Source: Elsinoe ampelina (Eukaryota). From it: a stretch of DNA of 61,662 nucleotides. The DNA is taken from positions 506,760 through 568,421 of the forward strand of contig ML992502.1 of NCBI GenBank assembly GCA_010093995.1, read 5' to 3'. Within the stretch, counting starts at the first letter, position 1; every line of letters begins with the position of its first letter. Below the pieces are notes generated by a model. The model saw only the letters and a list, made by a program, of their open reading frames with translations. It had not been told where the DNA came from and did no database searches. This document shows positions 10,624-22,358 of this stretch, piece by piece. Both the position numbers and the translations under genes were made by a program.

Positions 10624-13600
10624 TGTTAAGAATATAGCTCTCTCTAGATAGTTAGGCCAGGAAGTTACATGACTTGTAGTCATATAATGCTAAGGCCTAG
10701 GGATTCATAAGCTGTTCTTTCTTCTAGTGGATAGACTCTTTAATCAATCAACTCGTCTATTACCTAACTAGTGGGCGGATTAGTTCCATACAATACTCCA
10801 CCCCTAAACGTACCTTCCGCTTAACAGGTTATAAGCCCGGAGCTTATAGCACTAGTATAGGATTGTATGTAAAGTAGTTAAGCATCTGCTTTATCAAAAT
10901 TAGGCCGGATTCCCTGGTATACTCCTCCGTATCCCCTTTATTATCCGATCCTAGACAGATTAGTAGAGGCGGTGTAAAGCGTAAAAGACTAGTTACTTAG
11001 TGCATTAAGTAAGGACTCCCTAACGCAGTCTAGCACAGGTTTTAACCCTGTAAACGCACAACAGCTGCCGTTCATTAGCTGTCATCAACAAAACAACAAT
11101 CTTAAAGGTCATTTATTAAAAGGAACCTAACCTTTATCTATTTATTTAAATTTCCTTCTCTCTTAGAACTTATCCTTAACTATAGAGGACAACAACACCC
11201 AATCAAGGCAGCTAGTGCTAACACTCTCAAAGGACAACTATAAGAAGTAGTTCTAACAGATAGAGCTCTAGCTAGCATCTAAGAAGGTGTTATAGACCCT
11301 TAATTCCCTTACTAAACCACTAGTAATGACTCTAGGGTCATTATTAGCTTCTTTATTTGACTCCTAGCACTCTCCTTAGTTAGTAGAGGAGAACAGTGCT
11401 GCCCTTTACTAGATCTATAGATGTATCTCAGAAAGAGATTAAGAGATAATTCAGGAATAGCAGTAGGCTAAACTAGCTTAGGAGAAGCTAAAGAGCAAGT
11501 ACACAAAGTAGACAGGTACATAGGCAAGACAATTACAGAGAGAGTTTGTTATATACACTATAAGTAATAAGACAACTATCTTAGAAGCCTAGTTACACCT
11601 AACTATGTTAGGAAGGAGAATTAATAGATCTTCACAGGTTAAGCAATACTCTACACTAACGACAAGAATCTAAACTCTGCTTGCTACTCTTCTAGCTTTA
11701 TAGTCATCTACAAGGGATGCCCTAGATGCTTAGCTATACCTTAGTGTAGATAAGATCTATAATATTCTTAAGGAAAAGGAAGCCTAGAAGGGAGAAGAGA
11801 AATCTACTATGTTTATAAGAGGCAGACTATAAGGAACTAGTAGAAGTTTAACTTATATATACATCTTATGTAAGGAACCTAGACACTCTATGTCTAGGTG
11901 CCCTTATCTCTAATAAGCCAAGAAGCATGTCCCCTCCCATAGGGTTACTAAAAGAGCTAGTCCTATAAGGAGACAGTCACCTAAACGCTAGGAGCTACTT
12001 AAACTTATAAGACAGCTTACTAAGAGGATAGATTCTCTAGAAGCAGCTAAGTTAAAGAGAAAAGGCAAAGCCTATCTAGCTACTAAAGGAGGATTACTAT
12101 TAACATCTCTATCTCCACTACTAGAAGTTCTTTCTAGTGCTAAAGAGCTTAAGACTACAGGTTCTACATTAGAGGTTCAAGGTAAACTTCCACACTATTA
12201 GTAGATGCTTAACTCTAGAGCATCTAACTATATGACAGACAAGCTAACTCTCTTTAGGGGCCTATTAAGCAAGATACGCACTCGATAGATCCAGGTTAGG
12301 GGGGGTTACCTTTAGTTATAGTCAATAGGAACCGCTATTATTAAGACTAAGAAGGGAGATAAGATAAAGGTATAGGCTCTTTATGTACCTAATCTTAGTG
12401 TCAATTTAGTCTCCTATCGCAAGCTATGTATAGATTTAGGAGTTTCTAGAGTTCTTAATTTAAATTCTTTTCTTGTCCTTGATTTATAGAAGCGACTACT
12501 ACTTAAGGCTAAGATTCGAGGGGAGGTATATATTATCTAATCCCTCTTTAAGTAGTAAGCCAATTAAAAGCCGCATTCCAGATCTAAGCCCGGCTTAATT
12601 CTAGATCTAGCTAATTAGGACATAGCATTCCTTGCTACTTAGCTAGTAATTACATCACACACTAAGTACGCATATCTAACCTAGGATAAGCAACATAAGG
12701 ATCTTATTAATTTAAGATCTAACAACTCTAAGATAGAGTACTAACTCTAGCACAGGAGATTTGCTCACCTTAGAATTAAGAAGCTAAGGGATCTTTATAA
12801 GGTTACAACCCTTAAGAAGCCTATTAACTTAAACCATGATCTGTCGATCCTATGTAAGGTCTATTCCCTTACCAAAATAAGGAACAGAAGAGGCAAAACC
12901 TCATAGAGAAGACTAGAGGTTCTTTAGCTTGTTTATGCTAATATCTATAGCCTAATTAAAGCAAGTAGGGAAGGATTTAGATACTTCCTAGAGCTTATAG
13001 ACAGCCATTTAAGGATAACATAGATTATACCACTTAAGACAAGAGATAAAGCCCTATAGAGGCTTATTAAGTAGAAGCTAAGGGTTAAGAAGGAAAGTAA
13101 TGCTAAAGTCAAGGTTACTAGATTAGACAATGCTAGTAAGCTTAATAAGATCCTAAAGTAGTAGAAGCGCTAAGAAGGTATCTATTATACAACCACTAAG
13201 CCATATAATTCAATTTAGAATAGACTAGTAGAGAAAGGCATCTAAACCTTAGAGAATGGCATAAGAGCAATGCTTAAGGACTTAAAGATGCTAAATAAGT
13301 TCTAGCCTAAAGCAGTTTAGGCAGATATATATCTAAGGAACAGGACAGCAACTAGACCTAAGATCAATAGTGAACAAGCTACACCAATTGAAGCCTATAT
13401 AGGCATTAAGCCATTAGTTAATTACATCCGAGTCTAGGGCTATAAGGTATACACCTACATAAACCTAAAGTCCCTTTCTATACATAGAAGAAAAGACAAG
13501 CTTATAGACAGAGAGAGAGTAGGAGTATTCCTTAGCTATGTAGGTAGAACTGACAGGATATACAAAATATAGGCACCTAATAGGAAGTCAGTGATTATGT

Positions 13601-15876
13601 CACTAAATGTCAAGTTCTCTAAATTTAAGAAAGGTAGTAATGTCGATCTTAGTATCAAGATTAACACTATAAGCAATTAGGCACCTATTAGGAGACTAGT
13701 TAGGAGACTAACCTAGATTCGAGCCCGGCTTAATTCTAGGATAGACTAATCAAATTAGGCTATTTAGCAAGAAGCGCCTATAGGGAGAATCTTCTTACAC
13801 ATTAAGATCCTAAGGGTTAACCCCGTTAACCTTGCAGATTTCTATCGTAGAGAAGAGCCAATAGTACAATCTAGACTATTTAATTAATTAGGCTAATCAC
13901 TTAAGAGATTAAGAGATAAAGAGTCTAATAATAAAGAGCCTAAGGCTAAGCATCATAGAGCGTTTATTACTAAGTGTATTAACTAGCAAGATAAAGATAA
14001 TAAGATTGCTATAACAGCCTCTATTAAGCAATATATTCCAATCCTAAGGGACTATTATAAGGCTGTTACTGATCCAATATAGGGAAGCAAGTGGCAGGAA
14101 GCAATTAATGCCGAGCTAAATGCTCTAGGATTAAACAACACATAGGAAGAGGTTGTTCCCCTAAAGGGATCTAACTTAGTAACATCTAAGTAGGTCTTTA
14201 ATGTCAAGTACAACACAGATAGCTCCATTAAGAAGTTCAAAGCTAGACTTATTACTAGAGGCTTCTTATAGAAGTATAGCATTAACTATAAAGACACATT
14301 TGCACTAATAGTTAGAGTAGATACACTAAGATTGTTCTTTGCTATCGTGTGTATACTTGACCTTAAGTGTTACTAGGTAGATATTAATAATGCCTTTACA
14401 GAATTATTCCTTAGGGAGGTGATTTATATAAGGCTACTACCTAGACTTAAGGTCTAACCTAGCATTGCCTTCCGGATTCTTAGGAGCTTATATAGACTTA
14501 AGCAAGCTACTAGAGATTAGAATTAGCACTGCATCTCTAAGCTCTTAAAGCTAGGCTTCACTTAGAGCAAAGTAGACCCCTGTCTTCTTATGCACTATAA
14601 CAAGAAGATCATTCTCTTAGTTTATGTTAATAACATACCATTTATAGCACAAAGCAAAGAGAACATCTAGTAGCTTAAGCAAGAGCTTAGTAGAACCTTC
14701 AAGATTAAGGATCTTAGTAAGGTTAGTAAAGTTCTTAGTGTTAAAGTCACAAGGGATAGACAACAAGGAACCTTAAGGCTTAACTAAACCCACTATGTAG
14801 ATAATGTGCTATAGAGGCTTAACATGACCTCTAATAAGGCTACTCTAACAAAGTAGCTAATAGACAATAAGCTCCCTTAGAGAGCTTAGACTAAAGATGT
14901 AAGATTTAGTAGAACTAAGTACTTATATGCTATTAGAAGCTAGATGTACCTTAGTACTCTAACAAGGCTAGATACTGCCTTTGCCTTAGGAAGGCTTAGT
15001 TAGTTCATGGCAGATCTAATAGACAGCTATACTATTAAGATGAAGAGGATATTAAGATATATTAGATTAACTAGAGATCTAGGCATTGTATTTAGAAGGA
15101 ATAGCAACAAGACTCTTAAGGGATATTCTAATTCAGATTATGCCTTAGACAAGACAGATAGAGTCTCTATCCTTAGATATGTCTTTATACTTGTAGGTGG
15201 TCCTATTAGCTAGATAAGTAGGAAGTAGAAGTCTGTTTTAACCTCTACTATAGAGGCTAAATACATGGCAATATGCTCTTGTGCAAAGAGATTACAGTTC
15301 CTGTCTCAGTTACTAAGAGATATAGGCTGTTATAAGATAGTTAGTTAGTCACCTTGGAAACTAACTGTAAAGGAGTCTTAGAAAGCAATAATAAGATCAC
15401 CCTTCACTACTAAGATTAATAGTAATAATTAAGCGGCTCTTTTACTTGTAAAGGAGCTATATACTTATAAAAGGGCAAAGCACATTAATGTTGCTTACTA
15501 TTACGTCAGGAGGCTACAGAGGGACTAGAGGATACAGGTTAAGTTTGTGAGGACAGTAGACATAGTTACTAATAGATTGACTAAGCCGTTACAAGGTTAG
15601 AACTTTACAAGATTTGTAAAGCAACTTAGCTTGTCATTAATCTAATAGCTCACCTATAGGAGCTAAGTAGGAGTGTTAAGAATATAGCTCTCTCTAGATA
15701 GTTAGGCTAGGAAGTTACATAACCTATAGTCATGTAATGCTAAGGCCTAGGGATTTATAAGCTGTTCTTTCTTCTAGTGGATAGACTCTTTAATCAATTA
15801 ACTCGTCTATCACCTAACTAGTGGGCGGATTGGTTCCATATAATACTCCACCCCTAAACGTGCCTTCTGCTTAATA
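10624..15876 (+). mobile_element. Ty1/copia element 1, full length, RIP-inactivated
   Basis: 203-bp LTRs at 10624-10826 and 15674-15876 (TGTTAAG...CTTAACA), TSD TATAC, PBS GGTTATAAGCCCGG and a PPT. Degenerate zinc knuckle (ILCKEPRHSMSRC), protease (MLNSRASNYM), GAG-pre-integrase (*HRRFAHL), integrase, RT (LVYVNN = YVDD) and RNase H (KHINVAY) in copia order. Confidence 0.96.
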
Positions 15877-16963
15877 TATACTCTATATACTCTATAGTAA
15901 AAGTTAAGAGTAATATAGAACTTATATCTACTAGTAATCTATATACTCTATAGCTTTAGAAGTAGAGCTACTAAGGAAAATAAAGAACTAGATAAATATT
16001 AAACTAAGTTATATAATAATCTTAGTAGTTTAATTAGTTCTAATATTTCTATACTTTAGCTATTTACTAGTTTATAATAAAAGACTTTTAAACTACTTAT
16101 TAGAAAAATAAGAACTATTTTAGAATTTCTCTACTCTAAAGATAATTAGAGTTTAAAGTACTTAATTAGTAGAAAATTAATAAAAAGAACTTTTTATAAC
16201 TTACTAAAGTTACTTAAAATATTCTTATTATACTAATAGCTAGTATTAGTATTAAGTATATTTTTAATATAATAAAGAATATTATTAATAATAGAAAATA
16301 TTAACTCTTTATATAAATAATCTAATAGCTAGTTATTATAAAGCTTATAACTAGAGTACTTCTTTTAAATAAGAATTCTTTTAATAGTAGCTCTAAAGAT
16401 AATATACTAAATAAACTAAATTTAGTACTTTCTAAGATCTTAATTATAAGCTAAAAATATTAACTCTAAGTCTTAGTCTTATTTACTTCTATACTAGTAA
16501 TAATAATTTAATTTAATTAATTCTTACTAAAAGCTATAAAGTATTCTAAGATATATATCTTTTATTAATTCTAGTAGATTAGTATATTTCTAGCTATATT
16601 TTACTACTTTCTAGAACTAAAAGGTAGTTAGTTCTAAAGAATAACTAGGTTTCTAGAGTAGATATTAATAGAAGAATAAAGTAAATTACTAAGTAATAGA
16701 GTAGTACTAGATAGTAGAAATTAAGTATTTATAACTAAGAACTAGCTAGTACTATATAGATTAATAGATTTTATATAACTAAGATAGATCTTTTTAAAAT
16801 ATAGAATAATTATTTATTAAAGTATTAAAAATACTTTAAGAGTCTATTTAATTAAATAGAAGATTATTTTTAATTATAAAAGTTATTAAATTAATTTATC
16901 TTAATAAGTATTACTTATTAAAATAATTACTAGTAAATAATAAAACTTTAAAAATTTACTTAT

Positions 16964-17667
16964 TATAAAAGTAAGTATATAGTAATATATAAAACTACTA
17001 ATATCTAAAAGCTAGATAGATAGATAAACTAATAGCTATTTTTATTTATTATAAATAGAAGCTATCTAAAAGATAGCTAAAGAGAGCTTATTATATAATA
17101 GTCTTAGCTAAAGCTATATATTAAGTCTTCTTTATAATTATTCTTCTTTCTATATTTAATTACCTTTAATTAAAATATATTCTTTATAGATCTATAATTA
17201 CTATTAAAGATCTTATTTATAAGAGTAAATTAGCTACTTTTAACTTTATCTAGCTAAGCTATAATAGCTTTTAGTATTATAGCTATATAGCTACTATTAC
17301 TACTAGTAGAAGTAGGTCTATTAAGGCTATCTCTATTATCTCTTAGCTCTTCTAATATTCTTAACTAAGAATATAAAGTATTTTTATTAATACTACTATT
17401 TCTTTAGATAGTTTCTAAGTTAGTATAATCTTATATAACTTAATTATCTATAGTAATAATTCTATAGACTATAACTAAAGAAAGCTATTAGAACTATAAG
17501 AGTAAGTATATAGTAATATATAGAACTACTAATATCTAAAGGCTAGATAGATAGATAAACTAATAGCTATCTTTATTTATTATAAATAAAAGCTATTTAG
17601 AAGATAGCTAGAGAAAGCTTATTATATAATAGTCTTAGCTAGAGCTATATACTAAGTCTCCTCTATA
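16964..17667 (-). mobile_element. TRIM-like miniature LTR element (704 bp)
   Basis: 173-bp direct repeats at 16964-17136 and 17495-17667 (TATAA...TATA, RIP form of TG...CA), exact 5-bp TSD CTTAT and a 358-bp internal region. Strand is inferred only from the purine tract next to the left repeat on the minus strand. Confidence 0.88.
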
Positions 17668-17724
17668 CTTATTCTATTATAAGAACTAATTCTAATTATT
17701 TTATTAAATATTATTAATACTTAT

Positions 17725-18143
17725 TAGAGTAGTTAGTAGGTTATATTAAGTAGGTTAAGGTTTTATATTATTTTTATATCTTTCTAAAATTCTATATAAT
17801 AGAGTAGTTTTTTTTAAAAACTTTATATTAGTAAAATATAGAGAATTTAATTCTATACGTAATAATATATATTATACTTACGTAATACTAAACCTTAATC
17901 TTTAAATTACAAAAAAACGTTTTTCTATACCTAATCTATTACTTATATAATACTATAATATAATAAATATAGAAGAATTTTTAAGAATTCTAATAATATA
18001 TTTTTTTAGTCTATATACTATTATTTATACGTAAAAATGTAAAAAGAAGTAAAAATTATATAAAATTTTTAAGAGTAATATAACTCTATAGAGTTAGAGA
18101 GAATTAGTAAAACTCTACTCTACTTTACCTACTAACTACTCTA
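17725..18143. mobile_element. hAT-type MITE (419 bp)
   Basis: Perfect 17-bp TIRs TAGAGTAGTTAGTAGGT / ACCTACTAACTACTCTA and exact 8-bp TSD ATACTTAT (17717-17724, 18144-18151). Confidence 0.9.
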
Positions 18144-19492
18144 ATACTTATAGTAATTAGCTAAATTTTTATTAGTAATTCTAAGTAAAGATAAAAGAAG
18201 TAAAAGTCTAATATACTAATATTCTTAAAAGATAATATAAAAGACTTAATTATTATTATTTTTAATTATAAATTTCTATAAATAATACTTATTAAAAAAT
18301 AAATAAGTAGTTAAATATAAATAGATTTTTATAATTCTTTTTCTTACTTAGAACTTATTAAAAGCTAAATAGAAACTTAAAGTAAAAAAATTAAATATTT
18401 AGTTTTATTAAGTAAAGTAGTTAAAGATCTAAACTATTAGTATAGTAGCTTTTATATAGAAAGAAAAAGATTTATTACTATTTAATTTCTTTAAACTAAG
18501 AATAAAGTAATTAGTAAATAATAAGTTATCTATTTAGAGTAAAGTAGAATAGACTCTACTTAGTACTATAAATAGAATAGAATAAAGTAGTTATCTAGCT
18601 ACTTAGAGAGGTATTAATAATAGTATATATTAAATTCTTTAGTAAATTAATTAAGTTATTAAACTAGTTATTTTAAATAGTTTAATTCTTTAAGATAAAT
18701 ATTAGTAGTACTATATAGCTAATAATACTTAGAGTCTTAATAGCTATAGTCTACTTATAGTTACTAGATTAATATAAATAAAACTTATACTTATTATTAC
18801 TTATAATCTAGATTTACTTATAAAGTAATTAACTAAGTATATAGCTAATTTTATTTATATTATAAGTATTATAAAGCTTAATATTAAAGACTTTAAAGAT
18901 ATATACTACTAACTTAAACTAAGTCTTTATCTTTTTAGTATTACTAAGCTCTTTTAATCTATTACTATCTATAGCTAGATAATACTAAAGATTAATCTCT
19001 AGATAGTACTCTTTAAAGTAAATATACTAGTACTTACTAGTAGAAATAGAAAGTATATATACTAGTTAGATAGTTAAGAATTTAAGTAAGTAACTAGTAT
19101 ACTAATTAAGCTAGTAATTATTTAGATTAAAGCTATTAAAGAATAGAAAGTAAATAAACTTAATTAGAGTATTCTCTTATACTAGTATAAGGTACTACTA
19201 ATAAGAATAGTTTATTATATATAACTTATATAATTCTTTTAAATAATAAGTAAGAGTTTATCTAGTAATAAGAGAAAAGTAATATTTAAGTTCTTTTTTT
19301 AATATTTTACTTTTTTAATATTAATATTTATATATAGTCTTATTAAGCTACTTTTTATATTTAATTAAAATAGCTAGAACTATTAGAAAAGGTAGTTATT
19401 AGGTGTATTAAAGCTTCGAAGAAGATAGAAGTCCGAGAGTACTATTTGGGACTAGTCTCGGGGCAAAATCACGCTCTCCGATTGGCTGCAAA

Positions 19493-19506
19493 TAGGGTTA
19501 ACCCTA
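19493..19506. promoter_or_regulatory. Palindromic telomere-repeat-like motif TAGGGTTAACCCTA next to a reverse CCAAT box
   Basis: 14-bp perfect palindrome ~95 bp upstream of the ATG at 19601; ATTGG at 19481. Function is inferred only. Confidence 0.35.
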
Positions 19507-19600
19507 AAGTGGCCAGTTCTAGGGGATGGCCAGATCCCCGGGGCAGACGTTATCACATGCAAACCTCACCTCCCCTCTCGTCCTCGACTTCACATCCAAA

Positions 19601-20307
19601 ATGCCACCTGTAAGTAATTCCCCCCCTCACCCACCCGACACCCTCCCTTCCTCCTGCCTACCGCACCGATGCACGCCCACACTCACCCTCTCCGGCAGAC
19701 ACCCTTCTTCTGCACCCTCTGCAGCAAAGGCTACGCCCGCGCCCCCGAACTCGAGGCCCACGAGAACAGCTACGACCACCAACACAAGAAACGGCTGAAA
19801 GAGATGAAGAGCCTGACGCGCAACCCGACGGCGGCGGTCAAGGATAGTAGAGCCGAGAAGAGGAGGAGGGAGAATAGTGAGATGATTTCTGTGAATATAG
19901 CGGAGGGGAGGGGGGAGAGGGAAAAGACTGGGGCAGGTGGGGGAGGGGAAAGGGGGTTTAGGACGGGTTTCGCGACGGGGTTTGGGGGGGCGGTGGCTGG
20001 GGATGTGTCGGATGGAAGGAGGGAGGGCGAAGAGGATGGGAAAGGCGGGGGTGAGGGGGAGGGGGAGTATACGGTTGTTGAAGGGCCGATTCCTTGGGAG
20101 AAGTTGGACGAGGTGGGGGAGTTGGTCGATTTGAGTGTGAATAGGCCGAGGGAGGTGCAGAAGGTTGTGGAGAGAGTGGAGGAGTATATGCGGACGCGGA
20201 AGGATAGGGGGTTTTATGAGGATATTTGGAGGAGGGTGGATGCGTTGAAGGAGGGGGGGAGGGCGAGTGAGAGTCCGGGCAGGGAGAGGGTGGGGTTAGG
20301 TGCTTGA
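19601..20307 (+). CDS. C2H2-type zinc finger protein (exons 19601-19609, 19699-20307)
   Basis: ATG CCA CCT, then a GTAAGT...ACTCAC...CAG intron joining in frame to FFCTLCSKGYARAPELEAHENSYDHQHKKRL. Confidence 0.8.
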
Positions 20308-20656
20308 TGGGTTGAGGATATCATGCCTGCGATCAGGCAACAATATCGAACGTGCCTGGAGACTCATGGTGCTGGACGAGGAATGAGAGTCACAGACGAG
20401 AAGCACAGAGATCAACAAGAGGCACTGCATGGTCCCAGGAAGGAGTTCGGTGGATGATACCCATTTGATATTCAAAGGTCATGCATTTTCGCAACGGGTA
20501 TCTCGCCCTTGCCCTTTTTGTACATTCCAACGCCATGCTTATATTTGAGTCCGCCACGTGTGCTCGCTTGAGCTCCTCGTCGCCTTTCATGCTGTCACTA
20601 GTAATGCACTCGTCCTCTCTTGAAGCTCTATCACTGCCCATATCGCTGTGGCTCCT

Positions 20657-22021
20657 TCATGCTTCATCCGCATCTCCATCATTCGCCGTCAAAGTCATTG
20701 CAGTATCGTACTTTGCCCTTGCAGCCAATCTCCGACCCAGCTCATCCTCGTCTGCGTCTCGGATTGCAATGTGAATCTTGTCCGGAGTGGCCGAGTCATC
20801 CACGTATGCATTCTGCACCTTTCTCTTCGGCCGTAGATACGTCCTTTGCGAGACTGGGTATATGTATGCCCCTTTGGGTAGTCTTGGTGCTTCCCCATCA
20901 TGTCCAACCTCAAACTCTGGATCGTGTAGCGCAAGCGCGACGCTGTCGGCAAAGGGATTTTCCCCGTCACCCTGCTGCTGATATGTCTCGTATGCTCTTA
21001 TTCGCTTGTACTTGAACACCTTTTGGCCCTGGTCGTCTTGTGAGGTGTATAGATTTTCGTCGTCTCTGTCTGGATCGTTAACGTCGCATTTGCGCTTGAT
21101 CCCTTTCAGTGAGTTGACATCGTCCAGCATGTACATTTCGTAATCGTATTCCGCAATTGGTTTGACCATGTTCAGGTCCTTTTCGTATGCCGCTAATCTC
21201 TCTTCCAGCTTCAGGTTGTTGGCGTTCTTGGGTTTGAGAATCGTCATGTCCAGTCTTGGATCGTAGCTTTTTACTGCGGCCGAGGGGTCGGAATTGTACT
21301 TCAATAGGATGTAAGATCCGAGACCAGGGATCGCATCGAGGTCGGGAAGAACGGGGTAGCTATCGAGCAACTTGAGGCCAGGGTTCTTGGGATGCTTTGG
21401 ATTCGACCAAGCTGTAATGTCTGCCGTGGTGATTTCTGCTCCCTTGACCAGATCTCGCGTGTCATCTCCATTGTGCGCATCCTTTGGATATGCGATATCG
21501 AAACCCTTGACGACATTCTTGACTATGTTCAGCGGATCCTCCTTGTCCAAATGTTTGCTGTTCTTCCGCTTGGGGTCATTCCGGATCTTGAATAAATCTC
21601 GCGACGTACTCGACTCATAACGTTTGATACCCTGATCGGAGGAGATGTATTCGGTCTTGCGTAGGAAGGTCGCACCAGCGCCGGTGTTCCCTTTACCAAT
21701 CTGCGACAATGGCTTCAGGAGTGCGCGATCGTGTGGATGTAACAAAGGTGGTGGATCTCGTGCGTTGATGGCGGCTTCATTTCCGTCAAAGACTCCAGGT
21801 AGTCCAACGAGGTCGATTGGCATGCCCAATTCCGCATCTGCTTCAATATTCAATGGCTGCTCTCGCGCCAGTCGCGTGCCGTATGAGGCATTTGTGTATT
21901 GTCCCCCACTCAGGCCAGTTCCGGGGATGTCGAGAAGTTTTGGCGGGTTCGGTGGCGGCGGTAGTGTGTTGGAATAGCGTATTCGGACCACATAGTCTTG
22001 GTGATAAGTGCGCTGAGCCAT
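20657..22021 (-). CDS. PAF1: RNA polymerase II-associated factor 1 (Paf1 complex subunit)
   Basis: HQDYVVRIRYSNTLPPPPNPPKLL, ELGMPIDLVG, FLRKTEYIS and HPKNP...YPVLPD Paf1 motifs; first ATG at 22021. Confidence 0.93.
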   Translation of the reverse strand: MAQRTYHQDYVVRIRYSNTLPPPPNPPKLLDIPGTGLSGGQYTNASYGTRLAREQPLNIEADAELGMPIDLVGLPGVFDGNEAAINARDPPPLLHPHDRALLKPLSQIGKGNTGAGATFLRKTEYISSDQGIKRYESSTSRDLFKIRNDPKRKNSKHLDKEDPLNIVKNVVKGFDIAYPKDAHNGDDTRDLVKGAEITTADITAWSNPKHPKNPGLKLLDSYPVLPDLDAIPGLGSYILLKYNSDPSAAVKSYDPRLDMTILKPKNANNLKLEERLAAYEKDLNMVKPIAEYDYEMYMLDDVNSLKGIKRKCDVNDPDRDDENLYTSQDDQGQKVFKYKRIRAYETYQQQGDGENPFADSVALALHDPEFEVGHDGEAPRLPKGAYIYPVSQRTYLRPKRKVQNAYVDDSATPDKIHIAIRDADEDELGRRLAARAKYDTAMTLTANDGDADEA

Positions 22022-22358
22022 GACTGGGAGATTGAGTAGTGATTGCGCCTGCAATGGCGATGGGACGTGAAGCTGGAGAGATTGACAAGATCTGGTGGAG
22101 GTGCTCTAAAGTGAAAGCTTTGGCCAAATTGATGCTCTTCTCAGAGTGGACCACGGACCCACGTGTGCGACCGTTGGCTTAACATCAAGGTAGCTCTACT
22201 CTCATGTTTGGGAAGCTTCTTCTTTCATCGGGCATCATGTTCGATGGAATTGCTCGCATGGGCGAGCTTCTTTCAGTGTGATCGCTGAGCTGGCAAGCGG
22301 CCTGGTAGTACGTTTAGACTAGCTAGCCCGGCGTGCCTGGAGGCGCATCTTGGACGGC

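Larger units (their letters stand above)
15897..19420. mobile_element. Extremely AT-rich, heavily RIP-eroded relic(s) hosting a TRIM and a MITE
   Basis: CpA, TpG and CpG nearly absent; no recognisable domain; composition changes abruptly near 19420. Confidence 0.6.

Noticed and set aside
10624..10826. Copia-1 and gypsy LTRs are both 203 bp
   Set aside because: No sequence similarity between them; treated as coincidence.
12945..15213. Short ORFs in copia-1, and 53417-53653 in copia-3
   Set aside because: Stop-free remnants or antisense frames of RIPed gag-pol, not genes.
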